A DNA stretch of 64,000 bases from Entomortierella parvispora E1425 (Eukaryota; Fungi; Mortierellomycota). The translations under genes were made by a program, and so were the position numbers. The notes under the pieces were generated by a model that was not told where the DNA came from, ran no database searches, and saw only the letters and a program-made list of their open reading frames with translations. Position 1 is the stretch's first letter. The number at the start of each line of letters is the position of its first letter. Where the stretch lies: positions 930,001 through 994,000 of the forward strand of contig BQFW01000008.1 in assembly GCA_020891255.1 (NCBI GenBank), in the 5' to 3' direction. Positions 13,593 through 23,511 of this stretch are shown here, one piece after another.

Positions 13593-14140
13593 GCTACCTT
13601 TCCCCGTTCAACAAGGACAGGGCCATCTTCATTTTCTTTCTTATTCCCACCCTTTATTTCGTTTTGTTCGTTGATCACCCTTTTCTTTTCTGGCCCTCCT
13701 CCTACTTTTTCAAGTATTCCTTTATTCCCGTTCTCTTTTTTTGTGTCTCTTTCCCCTATTGTTTTATATTGAGGATTTTCCCCTCACCTGTTTCCATATG
13801 TTTTTTCTTAGCTCCTTTGCCACGCGTTCGCAGCGTTCTTATTTTTACCGAACTTCCTACTTTAACACCTTCTTTTTGCATCTCTCATTGCCTCTACCCG
13901 TCCGTTGAGTTCTGGCAGACGGGAAAGGATCTTGACTCTCCCTTCTTCCCCTTCTTCCCCTTGTTTAAACGCACACGCTCCCCAATAAAAAAAAAAAAGC
14001 TGTTTGCGTGACCTTTTGACCTTTGCGTATTTTCTCGTGCTCACATTGCATCAGCATTTCGCATCTCTCTCGCCTTCTCTTTTTTTTTTTTCCATTTATA
14101 TTTTTGACCCATTTCACCCATCTTTCGATATCCTTGAGTT

Positions 14141-14814
14141 ATGGTAATGACGCGTGCGCTTGAAAGACTCTTTTTATTCTCTGACGAGGTTCACCTTGTG
14201 TTGTTTTAACAATCTCTTTTGACTCTGTCAGTCTGAAGTAGAAGAAACCATCCGTCGACTGTCAGCCAAGAAGAATGTACAGGGCGTTGTCATTGTCAAT
14301 CAACTGGGACTCATGATCAGGTCAACATTGGATGCGTCGCTTGCAAAGCAGTATGCGACTCTCATGTCGGACCTTGTTCGGATGGCACGGGATTCCGTCA
14401 CGCAACTTGATGCAGAGGTAATGCATGCTTGGACCCTTGACCTTTTACTAAAGAGAGGCACCCAGTCTAGCGAGGGATAGAGCGAGTGAGCGAGAAACAG
14501 ATAGACGTCGTGCCAACTCTGACAACACTATTGCACTATTGCACAAACCCTGTCCTGCTGGACGACACCCATAGAACGAGCTCAAGTTTCTCAGGATAAG
14601 GACCAAGAAGCACGAAATCATGATTTGCCCAGGTAAAAGAGCAGATAACAGAGGATTGAACAAACGGACATGCGATAAAAGAACGCCCGACTGATCATTT
14701 CCATGCTTCCCATCCATGTCTCCCTTTGTTGCGTCTTCACCACACAAACACAAACCCACACCGTCCACAGAACGCGAGTACCTGATGATCGTGGTGCAAA
14801 CGCCCGAGGCGTAG
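14141..14814 (+). CDS. DYNLRB1: Dynein light chain roadblock/LC7; 4 exons (14141-14143, 14232-14417, about 14574-14631, 14771-14814)
   Basis: Spliced translation M|SEVEETIRRLSAKKNVQGVVIVNQLGLMIRSTLDASLAKQYATLMSDLVRMARDSVTQLDAE|NELKFLRIRTKKHEIMICP|EREYLMIVVQTPEA* closely matches the roadblock family. Absent from the ORF track. Confidence 0.92.
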
Positions 14815-15204
14815 CGTGACTGCGTCACCGTAAAAATGCACGTGTGTTGAATGTAATGAAAGAAAATGAAAAAAATGAGACCTTTCAGACTTCACAGCGG
14901 ACCGTCCTTGCTTCCTTGTTCATTGTCCTTTTTGGCACATTGCCCTCTTGCTTTATTCTCCTCTCCTTTCTTGCCCCATCTCCTTCATCTGCCGCTTTCC
15001 TTTCCTTCTCGCCCATTGCATCATCGCGAACAGACAGACAGGCAGACAATCAGAGCTTCATTGAAGGAAGCAAAAAGAAGAAGAAGAAAAAAAACGTAAT
15101 TGGTCACATCGGCATCAGCAGACCCATCCACCGCGTTCTTGACCCATTCATCATCGCCTGTACCTTCCTAACCGTCCCACCACATTCCAGACAGAGCATA
15201 CAAG

Positions 15205-15234
15205 GAAGAAGAAGAAGAAGAAGAAGAAGAAGAA
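15205..15234 (+). repeat. (GAA)10 microsatellite upstream of the kinase ATG
   Basis: Direct reading of the sequence. Confidence 0.9.
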
Positions 15235-15363
15235 CCAACACCGCTCCCACCATTCGTGAGTTCTCCCATTACATCATCCACCTGCGAGCCCTTTACACCC
15301 CTCCAAACAAACCTGCATTGCATTGCCACCAAACAGAAAGAAATCAGTGAGCATCGGTACATC

Positions 15364-18300
15364 ATGGACACGCCCATGCAGCACAGCACTCCATCCAATT
15401 CGTCGGACTTGGATGCAACCGTTGAACCTTCGTTGGAATCATCGTTGACGCCATCAACCATCCTGCAGCAAGAGCTAAACCACCCGCAAGAGCAACAGCA
15501 ACATCTCCAGCCTGAACTGGAACAACAGGAGTCTGTTGCTCGACTCGCTGCTGAGCCGCAGGAGCAGATCGTGATGGATCATCAACAGTTGCTGCAGGAG
15601 AATGAACATCAGCAACAATACACTATAGAGCAAGCACAGAGCATTGTTCAGCCTGCTCCGGCGTCGACGCAGATCCAAACTGATGTACCGATGACCCCGC
15701 TCGAGCATTCCCTCGCACCTGTGTCGATGCCTGAGCTGCAACAAGAGCTGCCACCATCGCCAATGATACAGCAACAGCAACACCTTGCAACTCAGCCCGG
15801 ATATCCACCTGCACCTATGGGCATACCCTCATCTCCCAATCTACCATCTTCCCCTTTCATATCTAGAAAACCAGGAGTCAACGGTCTGATCGAGAGAATG
15901 GCGTCAGCAGGCCAGATGAAGCGTACAAATACGAACTCGAGCATCGCCTCGTCCATCTCTCAGCTGGGGAGCATAAACTTTTCGGACGATGCTTTCTCAA
16001 ACAATCCCGAGGATTATGACGTTCGTAATCCCATTGGTAAGCCGCGTTGATCTTGTGCGACCAAAGATTGGTGTCCAGCTCCTGAATGCTTATTCGTTTT
16101 CGATTTTCGATTTTTTTTTTTGTTGACGTGTAGGATATGGATCCTCGGCTGTTGTCTACGATGCCTACTACAAGCCCTTGAACAAGAGGGTGGCGATCAA
16201 AGTTATTGATCTTGATATGTTTGAGCGTAACCAGATTGACGAGCTTAGACGGGAGACCCAGGTGATGGCACTGTGCAAACATCCCAATGTTTTGCGTGTC
16301 AATGGTGCATTCGTGACAGAAAGCAAGCTATACATTGTCACGCCCTACCTTTCTGCAGGTAAGAAATATGTCTTTGGACGATGTCTCCGATCACATAGAT
16401 ATGATGCTAAAAAGTTATCGTGCTCGGAAACTTTAGGATCTTGTTTGGACATCATGAAGACAGCCTATCCTGATGGATTTGACGAAGTCTCGATCGCAAC
16501 CATTTTGAAGCAAGCCTTACAGGGACTTGATTATCTTCACAAGAACGGACACATTCACAGGCATGTTTTCGAATATGTGTAGTGTTCTTGAACTTTTGTT
16601 TTATTTTCGATCGAGCTTGCGGATCACTAATCGGTCTGCGATTCGTCACCATCTTACAGGGATGTCAAAGCTGGCAACCTTCTCATGGATGACGATGGTT
16701 CTGTCTTGTTGGCCGACTTTGGAGTATCATCTTCTTTGATGGAGAACGGAGACAGACGAGGCATGAGAAAGACATTTGTCGGCACGCCCTGCTGGATGGC
16801 TCCCGAGGTCATGGAGCAGGCTGGGTATGATTACAAGGCTGACATTTGGAGCTTTGGAATCACAGCGATCGAGCTGGCCACGGGCCATGCTCCTTTTGCA
16901 AAGTATCCTCCCATTAAGGTATTAGATGGTGCCCTTATTGTTCTTATTTTTGGTATGATGGAAGATGACTCGGATCTGACTTTTTTTGCCGTTCATGTGT
17001 ATTTTAGGTCCTCATGTTGACGCTCTCTAATGATCCACCGACCTTGGACCGTGAATCTACCAAACATCGTTACTCAAAGTTGCTCAAAGAAATGATTGAC
17101 AGCTGTCTCCAAAAGGATCCTGCGAGAAGGTCAGTACAAATGATCGGCAACCGATCCACTTTACCGTTCTCGTTGCTAACGTTCTTGGATGTTTCGGATA
17201 GACCCTCTGCCGAGAAGCTGTTGAATCATTCATTCTTCAAGCAAGCCAAGAAGAGATCGTATCTTGTGTCTACTTTGTTACATAACCTCCCGCCCTTGGA
17301 ACAACGACCCCAGAAGAGTAAGATCCTTTTATTCATACTGGAGCCTGTCTGTCTCCTGAGCTGTGGCTCACTCTTTTTTTTTTTTTTTTTTTTTTTTTTT
17401 GGAATGATAGAGGCAGCGCAAAAGCTGGTGATGCCAGAAAAGGGCGTCTCTTGGGACTTTGATGCCGTTGACACTCCAGAGGAACCGGTGCGTCGACCCC
17501 GTACCGTGACGTTTGAAACACCCTCGCGCGCTTTGGCTGTAAACACCACAGCGGAGCCTGCAGAGACAATTGAGTCGGCGCCTTCTAGCTCCATGACAGC
17601 CACACCCACCAGTGAGACACAGGGGACCGTTCAATACGCACAGGAGGAGACCCCCAATTCGCAAAACAGCACGCCAATTTCCAGTCAGGCTAGCGATAAG
17701 CCTGTGAAAAAGTCTCGATTCGTGATTGAAGACTCGAACGCGGCTCTTTCTTCGCCCACAACACAGTCAATGGTAGAGCCATTTCCAGCCCCGATTGAGA
17801 CAGGTTCTCTACTTTTGCAGGCTGGACCCTCGACTGCTCAACTGGAACAGGGCTTTCAAGGATTGGGCGTCTCACAAACTGGATCCGAACAAGGAGCCCT
17901 CCCAGAGGTTAGGAAAGGACGCTTCAGTGTTAAGGATACGGCTGGAGGACTTTCGTCTCCTGTTCCCTCCAGTATCAAGACCATGCCAAATGAGTCGCTT
18001 CTCTCTCCTTCTCGCAGCTTGTCATCATCCCCGGTAGAAGGATCTGAAGGAGTTCGTATTGCTGGAGATCAACCTCCTCCATCAGGTAACATTTGACAAC
18101 ATGGACGATATTCAGTTCGATGGACAATGGACAATGGACAATGGACAGTGGACAGTGGACAATGGACGTTTGTTTGTGCATGAATGGGTGAGATTTCCTC
18201 TCGGAGGAATACTTTTCTACACAAGAAGATAATAAATGTCTGTCTTCTTGTTTGTTAGAGCGCAAATCCCGATTTGAGGTACACCATAACCATGCCTCAC

Positions 18301-19203
18301 CCACATCTGGATCTACAAGTGGTACAGGAACAAGCTCTCCAGCAGTCAACGGGGCGCAGGGTATGCCCCTTTCGAGAGAATCATCGCAGTCGCGGGTTGC
18401 GGGGGAATCTGGATTGTCTCGCGATAACTCTTCGACCCGAGTTTCGCGCTTCAGTATCGAATCGACAGCGTCCCCAACAGAGGGCTCTGTCGCCACAAGC
18501 AGCGTGCCCACTTCGTCCACAGGGACTCCCAATCCATCCAATGGGCCATCCGGCACCCAGAGCAAGCGGAGTCGATTCCAAATATCAAGTGTAGAGGGTG
18601 GTAGGACCGCCGATTATCCTCCAGGTAACGAACGGGTCAAATAACCTCGCTGGAAATGGTTATTTTACGGCCATTGTTGTCTAACGTTCAAACATGCTAT
18701 ATTTTATACGTCTTTTTTTTTTCTCTTTACTGACAACAGGGGATGCATCAGGATCTGTCCACTCTACGCCTAATACCTCCCCAACGGGTTCGCTCCTCCG
18801 TGGACAGCCAGGCTTGATGGAGGCTTTGGGAACGCATGCAATTTCATCGCATTTGGAGACGTTGTATCGACAAAATGAGTATCAACGACAAATATTAACG
18901 GAACTTTCAGCTGGCCTTGGGATAAAGAATGGGCCATTGAACAAACTGCATGGAGATTTTGGTGCATTCTTTGCTCCAGCAACTGGTGGTCAGCAGGCGG
19001 CGTACAGTGGTGGCAACAGCGTTGTCCTCAACAGCGGCGGTAGTATGAGCGGTGGTCTCGGTGGTGTCAGTGGAACAAGCGGGTCTGTCCCTGGCGGCAT
19101 TGAGAGACAGCTGCAGGTGGCGGTAAGAGAGAACGAGAGTCTGAGACGAGAGAACGAGGCCTTGAAGCGGGAACTTGACCGACTTCGCCGAGGCGCGCCG
19201 TGA
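15364..19203 (+). CDS. OXSR1: STE20-family (GCK-VI) SPAK/OSR1-like Ser/Thr kinase with Q-rich N-terminus, RFx[V/I]-repeat tail and C-terminal coiled coil
   Basis: IG|[30 protein letters not shown]|[63 protein letters not shown] are characteristic of OSR1/SPAK/Fray kinases. Many introns, including one GC-AG. Confidence 0.88.
18121..18167 (+). repeat. Heptamer tandem repeat (TGGACAR), about 6.7 copies, inside a kinase intron
   Basis: TGGACAA x3, TGGACAG x2, TGGACAA, TGGAC read directly. Confidence 0.9.
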
Positions 19204-19671
19204 AAGACCGACAGGCCACCACCACCAGACGATCAAAAGTGAAAACGACGAGAAGAGGAAGATGTGAGGATGTGAGCAGGAATAGGAAGAACGAGGAAGA
19301 GAGAAAGAAAGAAAGAAACGACGAAGGGGATCGCGAGAAGAGAGATAGATCCCGCCCCGCAATAGACCACCTATTTAAAAAGAAAAAAAAGGTCATTAAT
19401 TGCTGACATTGAGAATGAACATTGGACGATCATCCGATACTCTGTCCCTGTGCACAAAATGAAAATTGGCCCTTCTCTTCTCCTCTTTCATTCCCTTTAT
19501 TGCATCCCATCGATCGCTTGTTCAGCTCATTCACTCTCCTCCTCCTTCATCCCGACCTCTCTGTTTCTCTTTCCTCCCTTTGTCCTCTCCTGTCTGTCCC
19601 TCTCTCTTTCCTCTTTCTCTCCTCAATCAGATTTTGCTCCTTTGCCAGCCCCTCATTCAGTCATCTCTACA

Positions 19672-21772
19672 ATGTCGCAACCTACAGAGCTCTCAGTCCT
19701 CACTCTCAACTGCTGGTAAACCATCGTCCAACGTTGGTTCCTGAAATGCACCTCCTTCTCTTCTCTTTTCATCTCATTCCCACCGAGCATGACCACTGAT
19801 CCCATTCCTTGTCCTTTTCACTCTCTCTACTCTGTGCCTCCTTGGGTGCTATTAGGGGTCTCAAGTTCATTTCCAAAGACCGTGAGGACCGCCTGGGAGC
19901 TATCGGCCGCTATATTGCCGACAGATCTCGAGGATACGACATTGTAGGCCTCCAGGAGGTCTGGGTCTATGATGATTACCTTCGGATCAAGGACCTTGTC
20001 CAGGATACTCTGCCTTACTCCAAGCATTGGTACAGTGGCGTCCTTGGATCAGGACTGGTCATTCTTTCAAAGTTCCCAATCGTGAGCACCATGATGCGTC
20101 GTTTCGCCTTAAATGGAGACCCCTTCAAGTTTTATCACGGCGATTGGTATGTGGGCAAGTGCTGTGTCAGCGCCACGGTCGTGCACCCGACTTGCGGAGA
20201 GATTGAGGTCTTCAACACCCATGTAAGCATCTGTTTTTCCAACAGAAAATCGCAATTGAAACCTGACCTGGGCGTCGTCACCGGTTCGCTCCCCCTGAGG
20301 AAGCCACGGACTTGCATTCTGTACTGACCGCTCGTTCTCTTTTGCGGGCGTTTTCTTTTTCCGCTCTTTTTGATATCTGCAACAGCTCCATGCTGGATAT
20401 GACCCCGTTGGCACACCAGACTCGTACCTTGGATGTCGTATTGGCGAGGCGTGGGAGATGGCCTCGCTCATCAAGGCCGCCACTTCTCAGGGTCGCCATG
20501 TTCTTTCGGTAAGCTTATTTCTTGCCTTTCTCCCCTTTTTTTCAACAGGAGGTCCCAACGCAGCGCACGTTGTGAGGGGGCAGAGAATAGGGCGTTTTGG
20601 CGGGAGCACAAACCGTGGGCAGGCGGTCTCTCACAGGTTGAGATGGTTGACCTTCTGGGTGGACCAGTCGGTAAAAACATGACCAATTCATGTGGATCCA
20701 GCTTTCCTTGGGATGGCGATATGCGTCCACTTTGCAACTAATGTTTGCTGCCTTCAGGCATGGCGATGCCCTATACCATCTCTATTTGTGTTTGCGTTTT
20801 TCTAACCGGGATTTTTATTACTTTTTTGTTTACAAGCTCGGAGACTACAACAGTGCTCCCAACAGTTTGGTTGTAGCTCTGTTGACGAAGCAGGGAGGCA
20901 TGACGGATTCTTGGGCTAGATTGCACCCAGAACCAAACCCCATTCCCAGAGGACTTACACCCGAGGAAGGAGTGGCAATTATGGGCGTTACCTGCGATAC
21001 CCCTCTTAACAGCTGGTCAAAGCACAGCTGGCTCAACTACTTGACAAATGATCCCGTGGGCGAGCGTTTGGACTATATCTTTTACAGGGAGACACCAGAA
21101 ATGGTCTGCACATCTGTCGAGGTCGCAGTGCGGGAGCAAATCTCTGGCATTGGAGCACCCAACTCTGGGGCCAAGAACTACAGTGACCATTTTGGAGTTC
21201 ATGCCAAGTTTGCAATCTTGCCAGCTGTGTATCATTTCCAGAACCGGACGCCCAGCTTGGCCTTGTCCAACTCGTCATCCATGGGCTCTACCTCTTCACC
21301 AGCAACGACGTCGTCTGGAACGATTGCATCAAACCTGGAGCGTACCTTGAAGGATAGTCTGTTGGAGCAGGACCGAGGACTGAGCGTGGATACTTTGGAA
21401 CAGATCTTGATGATTTTGAAGCAGCACATGGAGCAGTCGCTTCGTCGTCCACGGTTGGAACTGAAGGTGATCTTCCCCTTGATGCTGCTCTCGGCTTTGA
21501 TCTTGGATGTGGCGTTCTTTTGGATTCAGCCTCGATGGGCGGCGTTTATTGTGGCGTTGCTCGTGAGCGCCTTGTCTGCAGGATGGATCGTCCACTTCTT
21601 GTACGGATTCTTGTTTGGAGGCGAGTTGTCCGGAGCGTTCTTGAACGTGATTCAAGAAGTCGAGTCGGTGATTGATTACAAGGTCGCCCATGAAGGTGCT
21701 GGATCGCGAGCCAACAGCACCCGTGGGGTCCCTGGTATCCACGGCGGACGTACGGGTCTTCTTCAGAAATGA
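19672..21772 (+). CDS. ISC1: Neutral sphingomyelinase / inositol phosphosphingolipid phospholipase C
   Basis: LSVLTLNCW|GLKFISKDR, YDIVGLQEVWVYDDY, GSGLVILSKFPI, FYHGDWYVGK, EVFNTH|LHAGY, LGDYNS, GVTCDTPLNSW, ERLDYIFY, YSDHFGVHA, plus two C-terminal hydrophobic helices. Confidence 0.92.
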
Positions 21773-22153
21773 GATTCGGTCGCCTCTTCCTTCTTTGCCC
21801 TCGAAAGAGAAGAAGGCGCCATTCGATTGACATGATAACCTGTTCCCCCAAAAGGTTATACAACTCCATTGTCATTTTTTTTTTCTTTGTTCTCACTCGT
21901 TTCTTTGGCAAGACTCTTCATACCCTATTTCCTCTCTTCCTTCTTCTCTGACTGTACTTTGTCATCCCTTTGACCTACCTGTCAGCTTTGATATTCTCCT
22001 TAATAATTAATACGAATGTCACCTTTTTTTTTGAATTTTTTATTGTGAAATATTTGTACAATGGTTGATCATAATCTGGATATGTGCAAAGGGAGGATAT
22101 CCTAGGTCCTATTGATGAGGAGGCTTCAAAGAGATTTAAAAAGGGCGACCTCT

Positions 22154-23089
22154 TTAGGCGACCGGGCGGTGGTAGGGGTCATAGGCGACGTTTCCCTGAG
22201 CAACACCGGGCTGAGCAACACCGGGTTGAGCAACGTTGGGGTTGTATTCACCAGGGACATGGGTGCCTGCGGCCGTGGTCGTTCCAGGAGCGCCCATAGC
22301 GGGGACAGTGTTTGGCACGCCAGCGTTGGAGTGCATGGTTGAGGGGTTCGTGGTGGTGTGCATGGGGACATTTCCACCGGCAGCAGTGCTGTGGACCTGC
22401 TGGTGGGCGCCGAGGCCGTGATCGCGGTGATCCATCTTGTGGCCTCCGAACAGCGAGGGCTTGGTGTCACGACCGGCGTGGACCTCTGCCACCTGGGTCG
22501 AGGGGACGACACCGGCAGCTGTGGGGGGGATATTCTGAGCATAGGTGGGGATGTTGGAGGTGCCTGTGGGACCGGCAGGGACGGCGTGTTGGACAGGGGC
22601 CACATTTGGGTTGTTCTGTTGCTGGTAAGCTGCACGGTCGACCGAGGGGTCGTGAGGGACGGCAGCACCGGCCATGGCGGCTCCAGTGTGAGTAGGGCCA
22701 GAGTGGTTCAAGCCGCTAGTGTGCTGCTGGTGAGCGTTGTTGTGGACGATACCGTGGTGGGCAGGGTTCGTGGTGGTAGCAGTGCTGGCGCCTGCGGGAA
22801 GGACGTTGGGGTTGGTGGGGTTGTTGAGACCGGCAGTGTTGTCCAAATCGGTGACCCCAGAAGGGCCGGTAGTGTTGACGCCGGGCTGGTTGAGGCCGGT
22901 AGTGTTGTTGTGGCCGAGAGCATTGTCGGGCTGCTGAACGACACCCTGATGATCGGTATAGGTATGGCTCTTGCCAGTGACCTTATCAAGCAGGTTGGTG
23001 GCCTTGTCCTTGATGTTGTCCATGGTCGAAGGCTTCTGAGTGGTGGTGGTGGTAGTGGTGGTGTTGTGGGTGGTGATAGGGTTGGTCAT
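22154..23089 (-). CDS. Intronless 311-aa hydrophilic Gly/Thr/His/Pro/Asn-rich protein, dehydrin/hydrophilin-like
   Basis: Continuous ORF from ATG 23089 (MTNPITTHN...) with strong C-ending codon bias. Contains MDNIKDKATNLLDKVTGKSH, HDPSVDR and PGVAQ repeats. Upstream TATATAAA. Confidence 0.7.
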   Translation of the reverse strand: MTNPITTHNTTTTTTTTQKPSTMDNIKDKATNLLDKVTGKSHTYTDHQGVVQQPDNALGHNNTTGLNQPGVNTTGPSGVTDLDNTAGLNNPTNPNVLPAGASTATTTNPAHHGIVHNNAHQQHTSGLNHSGPTHTGAAMAGAAVPHDPSVDRAAYQQQNNPNVAPVQHAVPAGPTGTSNIPTYAQNIPPTAAGVVPSTQVAEVHAGRDTKPSLFGGHKMDHRDHGLGAHQQVHSTAAGGNVPMHTTTNPSTMHSNAGVPNTVPAMGAPGTTTAAGTHVPGEYNPNVAQPGVAQPGVAQGNVAYDPYHRPVA

Positions 23090-23180
23090 TTTGAAAAAGT
23101 GTGTGTGTGTGTTTTTTTTGTTTGGTTGAGATGAAGTGAAAAGAGAAGGAAGACAAGAAAAGTAAGATCGGGCATCTCCT

Positions 23181-23188
23181 TTTATATA
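23181..23188 (-). promoter_or_regulatory. Putative TATA box (TATATAAA) of the dehydrin-like gene
   Basis: Consensus TATA about 92 bp upstream of ATG 23089, followed on the minus strand by a pyrimidine-rich leader. Confidence 0.55.
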
Positions 23189-23511
23189 AATCTCTTTGCT
23201 ATAAATCCTTCTGCTGTGTTCTGTTCCTTTCTCCACAACGATGATGAACCAACATGATAATGAGACGTTGGGCAATGATGATGCATACATAGGCAAACAC
23301 AGGACGCGACTCGACCTAAAAAATTCTTAAAAGAACAAAAGTGCTACCAGATACGTGTCGTCATGATGAACAAAATGAACCCTAATCGTTGATGACCGCG
23401 GATTGGGGAAATGACGACGACATGAGAGCTAGGTCCTCATGGCCACTGCTAGATAACAGAGGAGGACCATGGCCCTATGAGCGCGTTGAATTAAGAGGAT
23501 TCACTTTTATT

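Noticed and set aside
22358-23134. 258-aa plus-strand ORF
   Set aside because: Antisense shadow of the codon-biased dehydrin-like gene; G/V-rich mirror composition and no independent start context.
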